The notes under the pieces were generated by a model that searched no databases, had not been told where the DNA came from, and worked only from the letters and a program-made list of their open reading frames with translations. Positions 49,307-57,793 of a stretch of DNA of 64,000 bases are shown piece after piece. The position numbers and the translations under genes were made by a program. Origin of the DNA: Candidatus Kerfeldbacteria bacterium (GTDB lineage Bacteria; Patescibacteriota; Patescibacteriia; UBA9570; XYC2-FULL-38-9); NCBI GenBank assembly GCA_043813585.1, contig JBDRKW010000020.1, forward strand, positions 265,034 through 329,033. Reading direction: 5' to 3'. How positions within the stretch are numbered: the stretch's first letter is position 1; each line of letters begins with the position of its first letter.

Positions 49307-49660
49307 TTAATGAGGAGTTTGCGTATATAAATCCATAAATGTTCCCGAGTCTGATCCTGTTGTTCCGAGAACTCCGGAGTACATGTCAAAAATTGGTTGG
49401 AAACTGTCCATTATCCATGGCAGCGCAATGATAGAAATGATAAGAGGCACGACAAGAAAAATAACTACTGCAATGAAACGCGCCACCTGCATCCACTTCA
49501 TGTGCTTGGTGATCTTCAAAATCTCCAGCAGGATCTTGTGATTCTGGTTGGCAAGAGCATTCGTGTCGATGCTCAGCGCAACCGTATCCACGTCGCGCTT
49601 CGCCGTTTTTTTACTGGCGGCCGTATCTGCCTGTCCGGTTTGTTTATCGATCTTTGCCAT
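49307..49660 (-). CDS. Small single-TM hypothetical protein
   Basis: 117-aa ORF with hydrophobic stretch FIAVVIFLVVPLIISIIALPW; overlaps the upstream gene's stop. Confidence 0.65.
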   Translation of the reverse strand: MAKIDKQTGQADTAASKKTAKRDVDTVALSIDTNALANQNHKILLEILKITKHMKWMQVARFIAVVIFLVVPLIISIIALPWIMDSFQPIFDMYSGVLGTTGSDSGTFMDLYTQTPH

Positions 49661-50249
49661 AGGATGCGCAATTCAAGTCTCCTCCCGCCTGAACCTGCTC
49701 ATTCCTGCGCGCCAGCCACTGCGGCGCCCGCTTCCATGCATGCAATGCGATGAACGATACGCTTGGAACAATGATCAACGTCCCGATCATCTGATATTTC
49801 AGAAACGGCAACCCGGCAACATACGACATCACCAAACCATCAAGCGTCTTTGGATACATCCACCCCATCTGCCACACGCCAAAATTTGTCCAGGCATAAA
49901 AGAAGACATTCGCAAACAGGCCCATGCCTGTCAGCTCGAACGAATGGCGCAGCGGCGTTTTGCCGCGTTTCCGCACTGCCCAGCCAAACAAGCCGACTGC
50001 CGCCCACGCAGACCAGGTATAGAGCATAATGCTCGTATTCCCGATAAAGATATCCGTGATCGCTACAACTACAAGACCGACAATGATTGTCCATACTCCT
50101 CCCAGCAGCGATCCAGCCAACAGTGCGACTACCGTAATTGTCTCAATATTCGGCACATCCTTCAGAAGATACCGGCCGCCTGCGCCAAATGCAATCAAAA
50201 CAACGGCAGAAACGACCTTCAAAACGGTAAATTGTTTATTCATGTTCAT
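49644..50249 (-). CDS. DUF6580/ECF S-component-like membrane transporter (putative cobalamin uptake)
   Basis: About 6 TM; PN...T...L.AG, D...G, F...TNFGVW, YP.T..GL...Y.AGLPF. Substrate inferred only from context (next to nrdJ). Confidence 0.7.
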   Translation of the reverse strand: MNMNKQFTVLKVVSAVVLIAFGAGGRYLLKDVPNIETITVVALLAGSLLGGVWTIIVGLVVVAITDIFIGNTSIMLYTWSAWAAVGLFGWAVRKRGKTPLRHSFELTGMGLFANVFFYAWTNFGVWQMGWMYPKTLDGLVMSYVAGLPFLKYQMIGTLIIVPSVSFIALHAWKRAPQWLARRNEQVQAGGDLNCASYGKDR

Positions 50250-50300
50250 ACAGCCAATTATACGGAGTTATTGATAATCCTTCAAGGCCATTCAGGCCGA

Positions 50301-50328
50301 AAAGCCCCGACTAGTCAATCGAGGCTTT
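50301..50328 (-). terminator. Probable nrdJ terminator
   Basis: aaagcc-c-cga / tcg-a-ggcttt imperfect inverted repeat (the mismatch is G-U on the minus strand), followed by T's. Confidence 0.55.
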
Positions 50329-50345
50329 GGAAGAAATATCCTTTA

Positions 50346-52784
50346 TCAAGTGCATTTGGAATAGCCGCAACCGTGGCAGGTCATACAACCCTCTGCCATG
50401 GTAAGGATGCCGCCGCAGTCGGGGCATTCAGGCGCCATGCCGACGTTGGCAATGGACGCAGACGACCTCTCTTCTTCTGACGCTTCACCGCCAACCGCCA
50501 CCTCTTCCAACTTGCCTATCATCTCGTCGGCTGACTGTAGCGGTTCGCCTTCTTCAAGCTCCTTTGCCGGAGTCGACTCTTCCCTAAACAGCAGGTTCAG
50601 CTTGCCTTGCGCCGATTTCATGTGTTCCGTCAGGACCTGGGCAATGGCATCCGGGATAGAAAGGATCTGGCCGTGCTTGCCCCAGCTCGGCATCGGGCCG
50701 CGAATCCCTTTCATCTGGTCGATAATCGTATCAACGGGGATACCGGAACGCAGGCTGAGCGAAATCAACCGGCAGATCGCTTCTGATTTTGCGGCGAAGA
50801 ACCCGCCTGCTTTCCCGATGGTTGCGAACACCTCAAACGGCTTGCCTTCCTCGTCATGGTTAATAGTCACAAACATGGTGCCGTACCCGGTCTTGATCTT
50901 ATACGTCGCACCAGGGACAACCTCGGGCCGCACGCGCGGCGCCAGCTCTTTCCTGGACGCCTCTGCATCCGATGGCGCTTGTTCGCTCGCTTTCTTCGCA
51001 TTATCAGCTCCAGAGTCCTTATCCGTAATTGACTCGAGTACCGCTGCATCGCGGGAGCCGTCCCGATAGTATGCAATCCCTTTGCACCCTAACTTATGCG
51101 CGTCCATATACAACTTTTGCACATCCTCAACTTTATGGTCATGAGGGGCGTTCACTGTTTTCGAGATAGATGAATCCGTGTATTTCTGAATGACGGCCTG
51201 CATCTTCACATGCTCGAGCGGAGTCAACTCTTTGGCGGTAATAAAATATTCCGGTTTATCCTCATCTTTCGTTTCGGGATTGACATTCTTCCACCGCTCA
51301 TAAATGGGATGGAATACAATATGCTCGCCCAGCCGGTCTTTGCGCTTGAATGCAAAGTCAAATACCGGTTCAATGCCGGAGCTCGCGCCTGCGAGAATGC
51401 CGGTGCTGCCGGTCGGCGCCTGGGTCAGCAACAAGCCATTTCGGATGCCGTATTGGCCGATATCCTGCCGAATGTCTTCAGGGAGGCGCTGGATAAACCG
51501 GCCCTGTAAATATTTTTCTGCATGGAACTCCGGGAAAGTGCCCTTTTCCTTGGCCAGCTCAATGGACTCGCGATACGCTTCGTCGCGGATGAGCGCGTAC
51601 ACGTCATCGCACCATGCAATCGCTTCATCCGTGCCATACCGAATCTTTGATTTTATCAGCGCATCGGCAAGACCCATGGTGCCCAAACCGGTCCGCCGGA
51701 TCCGCAGCTGCGCCTGCTCGTTCTCCTTGAAGAAATACGGAGTCACATCAACAACATTATCCAGGAACCGAATTGCCGTGCGCACTGTCATTTTCAATCC
51801 TTCGCGGTCAAACACGCCGTCATCACTGACAAACGCCGAAAGATTAACAGAACCGAGGTTGCAGACGCCCCATGCCGGAAGCCCCTGCTCGCCGCACGGA
51901 TTCACGCAGATTATATCCTCAAAATACCAGCTGTTCGATTCCTTGTTATACCGTTCCATAAACACGACCCCCGGCTCGCCGGATGCGTGCGCCGAATCGC
52001 AGATCGTAACCCACAGCTCGCGCGCCTTGATGGTCTTGAACACCTCTCCCCCCCATTTCAAATCCCAGTCCGCATCATTTTCCACCGCTTCCATAAACCG
52101 GTCAGAAACGCAGACCGACAGGTTGGCGTTCGTCACCTTGCCCATCTCCCGCTTGACTGTGATGAACTCTTCAATGTCCGGATGGTCGTCGTTGAGCATG
52201 AGCATGAGCGCGCCGCGGCGCGATCCGCCCTGAATAATCAGGCCGGTCGCGAATGAATACAGTCCTCCAAACGACACTGCTCCGGATGCGCTTCCGTTGA
52301 CTCCCTGCACATACGCACCGCGCGGCCGCAATGTTGAAAGGTTAACTCCAACTCCGCCGCCCCGGGACATAATCTCCACCATCGTCCGGACAGATTCAAA
52401 AATCCCGCCGCGGCTGTCATCCGGAGACGGAATAACATAACAATTGTAAAACGTCAGTTCAACGCCGGAGCCGGAGCCGGAAAGAATGCGCCCGCCGGGA
52501 ACAAACTTAAACCCCTCCAGTGCATCAAAAAACTTCTTTTCCCACTCCTGCTTTTTCTCCAGCGTGGTCTCGTTTGATGCGATTGCGCGCGCAACACGGT
52601 GCCACATCTCGTCCGGCGTATCCTCAACCCGGTCGCCTTTTTCATTTTTGAGTGCGTACCTGTCATGGAAGACCTGCCGCCGCAATCCCGTCAATTCATA
52701 GCTCATATACGTTTCCTTAGTTTGATACTTTTTTTGAGAGTGAAAGACACAGCCGCCACAGGCGTGGCGTTCTGGCTGCGCCAT
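50346..52784 (-). CDS. nrdJ: Adenosylcobalamin-dependent (class II) ribonucleotide reductase with TSCPD and Zn-ribbon C-terminus
   Basis: F.PGGR, NCYV, GGG.G.NLS.LRP, QGGSRRGA, NPCGEQ, CNLGS.NL, APTG, SISKTVN, GCKG..YYRDGSR, CPDC...EGC.TC..CGYSKC; alternative start 52706. Confidence 0.95.
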   Translation of the reverse strand: MAQPERHACGGCVFHSQKKYQTKETYMSYELTGLRRQVFHDRYALKNEKGDRVEDTPDEMWHRVARAIASNETTLEKKQEWEKKFFDALEGFKFVPGGRILSGSGSGVELTFYNCYVIPSPDDSRGGIFESVRTMVEIMSRGGGVGVNLSTLRPRGAYVQGVNGSASGAVSFGGLYSFATGLIIQGGSRRGALMLMLNDDHPDIEEFITVKREMGKVTNANLSVCVSDRFMEAVENDADWDLKWGGEVFKTIKARELWVTICDSAHASGEPGVVFMERYNKESNSWYFEDIICVNPCGEQGLPAWGVCNLGSVNLSAFVSDDGVFDREGLKMTVRTAIRFLDNVVDVTPYFFKENEQAQLRIRRTGLGTMGLADALIKSKIRYGTDEAIAWCDDVYALIRDEAYRESIELAKEKGTFPEFHAEKYLQGRFIQRLPEDIRQDIGQYGIRNGLLLTQAPTGSTGILAGASSGIEPVFDFAFKRKDRLGEHIVFHPIYERWKNVNPETKDEDKPEYFITAKELTPLEHVKMQAVIQKYTDSSISKTVNAPHDHKVEDVQKLYMDAHKLGCKGIAYYRDGSRDAAVLESITDKDSGADNAKKASEQAPSDAEASRKELAPRVRPEVVPGATYKIKTGYGTMFVTINHDEEGKPFEVFATIGKAGGFFAAKSEAICRLISLSLRSGIPVDTIIDQMKGIRGPMPSWGKHGQILSIPDAIAQVLTEHMKSAQGKLNLLFREESTPAKELEEGEPLQSADEMIGKLEEVAVGGEASEEERSSASIANVGMAPECPDCGGILTMAEGCMTCHGCGYSKCT

Positions 52785-52835
52785 TGATTTTCCTCCTCAT
52801 CGTCTCCGTTGCTCCTTTTTGCGAACTTCAGCAGA

Positions 52836-52883
52836 AATCTATATATAGTATAAAAAATGAGTCTGAATAACTACATATGGTAT
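52836..52883. promoter_or_regulatory. Tandem NrdR boxes
   Basis: aatCtAtATATaGtat (52836-52851) and taaCtAcATATgGtat (52868-52883) fit acaCwAtATaTwGtgt; starts are 32 bp apart; nrdR is nearby. Confidence 0.8.
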
Positions 52884-52898
52884 CTAGAGCGTGAAATT

Positions 52899-52927
52899 AT
52901 TCTATCACGCTTTATTTGGCATGACAA
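52899..52927 (-). promoter_or_regulatory. nrdJ promoter TTGTCA-N17-TAGAAT
   Basis: Minus strand ttgtca tgccaaataaagcgtga tagaat, immediately upstream of the NrdR boxes. Confidence 0.7.
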
Positions 52928-52962
52928 TACGGCCAAGGCGTGTGGAAAAGCCCAAAATAACC

Positions 52963-52992
52963 AAAAACACCCCAACATCTTGGGGTGTTTTT
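52963..52992 (-). terminator. Terminator of the nrdR-cobO-hypothetical operon
   Basis: Perfect 13-bp inverted repeat aaaaacaccccaa-catc-ttggggtgttttt. Confidence 0.7.
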
Positions 52993-53009
52993 TGTCTACC
53001 CTCAGAATT

Positions 53010-53837
53010 CTATTTGAAATAGATATCTTTTATTCTGGTTTGGCCGAATCGTATCTTTTTTCCTATTTTTCTGGCTACCCGCCGGGGGGTACTCTTTGCC
53101 ACAACGCGATATCGTCGATCTTTCTTGACCGGGTAAAATTCATAATACCCGTTCGCATCCGTATATGTTGTCATTAGAATCTTCGTTTTTTTCCAATTTT
53201 TCAGGTGGACTTTTACCCCGGACATCGGGAATGCCTTCTCTGACGCTGTTTCATAAACAGTTCCGTTGATGCGCGGCGGGAAACGCCGTTTTACGCTGAT
53301 GCTATCCATATAAAGGACCGTGGGTTCGCCAACATTATTTCGCATCTCGACGTTTAATCGTAAAGGTTTGCTCGCCAAAAAAACAGGAAGGCGGACTTTT
53401 ATTGATGTCCATCCACCAACGGCATCGCCGGGATAAAACACCTTTCGATAATGAGCACCGCCGGATTCTGTATCGCGAATCTCGATAAACCCATAGTCAT
53501 CTCTGCTATCGGCCGGCTCTTCCGTTTCTACCTTATACTTATATTTTAGAACGAACTTACCGCGTGTATCATTCACTTTGGGGCCCTGCTGCTGTGCCAT
53601 CCCCTGATACACGCCCTGCTCGCCGACCCGAAAAAACGTATTGCCATTATCAGCATCGATACAACGGGTATTATCATCGTTTTCACAACCGCCGTAATAC
53701 GACCAAAACGATTCCGCCCATTCACCGAAGAAAAAATCATACGATTCAACCCCTTCGGCTCGCGCAGGCAATACACTGCATAGCGACGCGCCAACAACGA
53801 ATCCGATGATGGTGAGGAGATTGTAAACTCTTTTCAT
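53010..53837 (-). CDS. Secreted hypothetical protein with C-terminal carboxypeptidase-regulatory-like beta-sandwich
   Basis: Signal peptide (..PARA), I.GTV...GV.V.L....TTYTDANGYYEF; start set at ATG 53837. Confidence 0.7.
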   Translation of the reverse strand: MKRVYNLLTIIGFVVGASLCSVLPARAEGVESYDFFFGEWAESFWSYYGGCENDDNTRCIDADNGNTFFRVGEQGVYQGMAQQQGPKVNDTRGKFVLKYKYKVETEEPADSRDDYGFIEIRDTESGGAHYRKVFYPGDAVGGWTSIKVRLPVFLASKPLRLNVEMRNNVGEPTVLYMDSISVKRRFPPRINGTVYETASEKAFPMSGVKVHLKNWKKTKILMTTYTDANGYYEFYPVKKDRRYRVVAKSTPRRVARKIGKKIRFGQTRIKDIYFK

Positions 53838-53847
53838 ATGTTGGGTA

Positions 53848-54417
53848 TTAATGCTCGATGCCCCGCCGCGGAACAAAGTCCTCATCATAGGGAGACCGTG
53901 TTGCCGTCATCACGGTAACAATGTCGGCCGCATTCAGCAGTTCAGGCGGTGCGTCGCGCCCGGTCAGAATCAATTCGGTATTTTGATTCTTATTATCAAT
54001 AAAATCCAGCACCTCATTCAGATCCACAAGGCCGTGCGCCGCTGCCGTGTTAATCTCGTCCAGCACCATCACGTCCGGGCGCTCCGTGCGCATTGCTTTG
54101 CGCGCAAACTCCATCCCCTGGTTTGCCAGGTAGATATCCATTGCTGCCGGATCATCCAGGTCGGTATAGTCGGGCGTCCCAAATTGAATGATCTCAATAA
54201 ACGGGCTTAACTTTCCCTGGATAATGAGCTCGCCATAATCCTTATGCCCCTTGATAAAATGGATAATCATGACTTTCAGCTGCTGGCCGGCAGCACGCAC
54301 CGCCAGGCCGAGCGCAGCCGTGCTCTTCCCCTTCCCTTCTCCCGTGTAAACGTGGACAAGGCCGAGCCGCTTCCTCGGGTTGAATTCATTTGACGGGGGT
54401 ACTTTATGCCAATGCAT
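53848..54417 (-). CDS. cobO: Cob(I)alamin adenosyltransferase (CobA/CobO/BtuR family)
   Basis: VHVYTGEGKGKSTAALGLAVRAAG, FIKG, VLDEIN, ELILTGR.A, AD.VT, RGIE. Confidence 0.93.
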   Translation of the reverse strand: MHWHKVPPSNEFNPRKRLGLVHVYTGEGKGKSTAALGLAVRAAGQQLKVMIIHFIKGHKDYGELIIQGKLSPFIEIIQFGTPDYTDLDDPAAMDIYLANQGMEFARKAMRTERPDVMVLDEINTAAAHGLVDLNEVLDFIDNKNQNTELILTGRDAPPELLNAADIVTVMTATRSPYDEDFVPRRGIEH

Positions 54418-54426
54418 AGGCGTTGT

Positions 54427-54915
54427 TTATTGTTTTGATTTTTTGATTGGTTTCCTTTTTTTTGTGCCCAATTTCTCAAGTTCATCGGCAAACTCCGCAA
54501 TATCCTCGAACGACCGGTAGACAGAGGCAAAGCGGACATACGCGACCTTATCCAGCTTTCGCAAGTGCTTCATCACGATCTCTCCGATTTCCTGGGTTGA
54601 TATGCGGTTGTCATGCGCTTTCGTCTGGATCTCCTGTTCAATCCTGTTTACGGTTTTTTTCAATGCCGCTGTATTCGCAGCCGGCCTTTTTTGAAGAGCA
54701 ATGCGAAGGCTCTGCGCCAGCTTTTCCTTGTTGTACGGCTCTTCAGAACCGTCTGCTTTGCGAACAGTCAACTGCAATATTTCCAGTTCTTCCAGTGTCG
54801 TAAACCGGAACGAGCATTTCTCGCACGCGCGGCGTCTTCGGATCGCAGCGCCGTCTTCTATGACGCGCGAGTCAATGACGCGCGTATCTTCAGCATGGCA
54901 GGCAGCACAGCGCAT
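54427..54915 (-). CDS. nrdR: Transcriptional repressor NrdR
   Basis: MRC..C....T.V.DSR....IRRRR.C..C..RFTT.E, ATP cone, LDKVAYVRFASVYR.F. Confidence 0.97.
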   Translation of the reverse strand: MRCAACHAEDTRVIDSRVIEDGAAIRRRRACEKCSFRFTTLEELEILQLTVRKADGSEEPYNKEKLAQSLRIALQKRPAANTAALKKTVNRIEQEIQTKAHDNRISTQEIGEIVMKHLRKLDKVAYVRFASVYRSFEDIAEFADELEKLGTKKRKPIKKSKQ

Positions 54916-54934
54916 GCCACTACTGTACCAAAAA

Positions 54935-54960
54935 GCCGGTCCAGATGCAATGGACCGGCT
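54935..54960 (-). terminator. Terminator after the beta-helix gene
   Basis: agccggtcca/tggaccggct inverted repeat with a T-run on the minus strand. Confidence 0.65.
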
Positions 54961-54977
54961 TCAAGAATATTCAGATG

Positions 54978-57656
54978 TTATTTCTTGTATTCGTCTGCGC
55001 CTATATCGACCGGTGTGCCAGATTTTGCCGGACGAGATTGTCCGTCAATATCAGTTTTGAGCATCTTTCCTGCAGTGCTGGATGGTGAATAGGGATTAGT
55101 CGACGATCCGGCATCGATCGCATAGGACTTCGCCTTTAACCGGCCTTTCGAGGTGAGATAGGTCCTCTTGTTGATCGATTTTGTATCATACCCGTAGGTC
55201 CCGTTCTTGTTCTTCCAATCGCCAAAGTGAATCTTTTCAGCATTGTCGATATCGTAGACCAGCCGTTCCTTCGAGCTTGACTTGCTATTGTAGTACAAGT
55301 TGTAGTTGAAATACAACGTATTTGCATCAACATTGTTCATCCCGATGACGAGAGCGTATGCGCCGGTCCCGGCAGCATGAAGGATATTGTTACGCAGACG
55401 ATACTCTTTGCCGCCCTGGATATACAACGGATACCGCCACTTGGCAATGGTGTTGTTGATAAGATGCGCGTCAGCCGTACCCTTTCCCTGGAATTTTACG
55501 CCCACATGCTCATCCGCGCTGCTCTTCGATTCGCTCATGACAACATTATTAAACGCGCGCACCCCGCTTGCATCATCACGGAACAGAATACCGTACATGT
55601 AGAGATCTCCATTCGACGTACAGGTAAAATTCCTGATGACATTGCTGTTGATGAAGAGCGGATATGACGACGAGACGTACATGCCCGTGCAGTAATTATC
55701 GCCTGACGACCCCGTCATCGCAGATTTGATGCCGCGCAGCTGGTTGCCGCGAATAGTCGTCCCGTGGCTGTCGTTCAGGTACATGCCGTATGTTTCCAGA
55801 TACCCTTGTGACCCGGCCGAACTTTCGATGCCATACGCCTTATTCTTGTTGATTGTTGAATGCACTACATCTTCAACATACAAACCATACGTATAGAGGC
55901 CGCCGTAGTTCGTGCCGGCACCTGTCAATTTATTCACGGAAGAGCGAACGGTATTGTTTTTAACGGTTGCATTGCTCAAATCCGCTAAGCGCAAGCCATA
56001 CCACACGCCGCTCATGGTCGATGATTCGGATGAATCGGTCGTATTCAACGTCATATCAAGGCTATGCAGCGTATTCTTTTCAATTAAGAGATTGTCGGCT
56101 TCTTTGGCGGATATTCCGTACTGCGTGCACTTTGCATAACCGTTATGTCCCGAATCAACATACAGACAGTCAAAACCGTTCACTGCATTACTTTTCACAT
56201 CAGAGTTATGGCTGTCTTCGATCAGCACTCCATAGATTGTGCCGGCGTCGGAATAATGGTCCGCATCGCTGTTATTGGTTTTTGAATTGAAATTTTGAAA
56301 TGTATTCTTCCTGATTTTCGTTCCAGGCGAACCCCAGGCGTTGATGCCATATATCTTCTGTTCAGACGATGTATAGTCGCCGGAATACGAACTGACAGAA
56401 TCGAGCCCTCCTATGGTGTTGTCGATCAACATTACATTGGAAGAAAGGTACGGTCCGTCAACTCCATAGACATACGAGTACAGTGTCGACGCCTCTGATT
56501 TCGTTATTGTATAGAGAGATTTTATGCGATTTTCGTACACCTTGAGGTTGCTGGCATACGAAATCTTCATGCCAGTAGAAATACCGGTACAGTCTGAACC
56601 CTTGCATGATGATGTTAAATTCCGGACATTGTTGTTATATACGTAATTTTCACCATCTTCATTTTCTACTGCGTCGTAAATGTAAATACCCGCCAGGTAG
56701 CTCTGGCCGGTTGAGGTTGAACTGGTTAAATCAACTTTTGCCGACAACGGATCAACTTCATTGCCGCGTATTTTAAGATCAACGCTGTTATTCGCATAAA
56801 TGCCATAGGTGTTTGCATACTGATGCGTGTTATTCAGCGAACTGGTTTCCAGTGAGCGCAGCCCTTGCAGCGTATTGCCGCGGATTGCCATCGATTTCGA
56901 ATCATTCACGTAAATTCCATAAACGCTTGACGTATGGCTATTCGCAGTCGCCTGAGCGGTGTTTATTGCCTTAATCTTCGATATGGTGTTCTTTCGAACC
57001 GTCGTATCGTAGACGTATGTCAGATACATGCCATACATCGAATCAGATCCGCTTTTATCCGTAAGATTGAGAACGTTGTCCTTGATTGTATTTTCCCGGA
57101 ATAAACCGTTTTTTATATTGTAGGCCTGGATACCGATAACGCTGCCACTAGTGTTTGTCAGATCATAAATCGTATTGTATTTGATCTCCGCACCGTCCAT
57201 CAGCTTTGAGGACGATCCATACAGATACAGTCCGACAACTGAATTTGCAATTTTAATTCGATCAATTTTCAATCCGTCAATATACCGGGCAGTTAATGCC
57301 GCATAGCGGCCGGTACCGTCAAGCAGCGGCTTATTGTTTGCATCCCAGGCAGTCAACCGCAGACCTGTTAAATTCGCACCCGCATCTCCATCGATCACAA
57401 GATCCTCGTTAAACGTTCCTTTCAGATACATCGTGCTGTTGCTTGGATCATTCAAGTCTTTGATCTTGTTCAGCGCACCCTGTATGGTCTTACACGGTTT
57501 TGCGGTTGTTTTGCAGCTGTTGCCGTTATTTCCGTTTGCGGAATGGACATAAAACGAACCGGCTGCAAGCGCATCCGGCACAGCCAGTGAAAAAACGCCG
57601 ACTGCAACCAGCGCGGCAATAAATACTTGGATCTTTTTTCCCATACGATTATGCAT
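54978..57656 (-). CDS. Secreted right-handed parallel beta-helix repeat protein
   Basis: Signal peptide, YV....GN....C.....PC.TIQ.A, many YGI.......N..I..N.I repeats, S.AIDAG...DIDG..R....DIGADE. Confidence 0.85.
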   Translation of the reverse strand: MHNRMGKKIQVFIAALVAVGVFSLAVPDALAAGSFYVHSANGNNGNSCKTTAKPCKTIQGALNKIKDLNDPSNSTMYLKGTFNEDLVIDGDAGANLTGLRLTAWDANNKPLLDGTGRYAALTARYIDGLKIDRIKIANSVVGLYLYGSSSKLMDGAEIKYNTIYDLTNTSGSVIGIQAYNIKNGLFRENTIKDNVLNLTDKSGSDSMYGMYLTYVYDTTVRKNTISKIKAINTAQATANSHTSSVYGIYVNDSKSMAIRGNTLQGLRSLETSSLNNTHQYANTYGIYANNSVDLKIRGNEVDPLSAKVDLTSSTSTGQSYLAGIYIYDAVENEDGENYVYNNNVRNLTSSCKGSDCTGISTGMKISYASNLKVYENRIKSLYTITKSEASTLYSYVYGVDGPYLSSNVMLIDNTIGGLDSVSSYSGDYTSSEQKIYGINAWGSPGTKIRKNTFQNFNSKTNNSDADHYSDAGTIYGVLIEDSHNSDVKSNAVNGFDCLYVDSGHNGYAKCTQYGISAKEADNLLIEKNTLHSLDMTLNTTDSSESSTMSGVWYGLRLADLSNATVKNNTVRSSVNKLTGAGTNYGGLYTYGLYVEDVVHSTINKNKAYGIESSAGSQGYLETYGMYLNDSHGTTIRGNQLRGIKSAMTGSSGDNYCTGMYVSSSYPLFINSNVIRNFTCTSNGDLYMYGILFRDDASGVRAFNNVVMSESKSSADEHVGVKFQGKGTADAHLINNTIAKWRYPLYIQGGKEYRLRNNILHAAGTGAYALVIGMNNVDANTLYFNYNLYYNSKSSSKERLVYDIDNAEKIHFGDWKNKNGTYGYDTKSINKRTYLTSKGRLKAKSYAIDAGSSTNPYSPSSTAGKMLKTDIDGQSRPAKSGTPVDIGADEYKK

Positions 57657-57739
57657 TAATATATTGTAAATATCTACAATGAGTATACTGATTTCCAGTA
57701 AATAAGTAAATATCTGCGAATAAAATTGGGGAGAAACAA

Positions 57740-57764
57740 AATCTGCCGCACGATGCGGCAGATT
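57740..57764 (-). terminator. ftsZ terminator
   Basis: aatctgccgca-cga-tgcggcagatt perfect hairpin. Confidence 0.7.
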
Positions 57765-57793
57765 CTTCTATGTACTAACTATGTGTTCACGTG

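Noticed and set aside
50250-50345. Cobalamin riboswitch before the putative transporter
   Set aside because: The gap holds a terminator and a promoter 7 nt from the ATG; no B12-box was seen.
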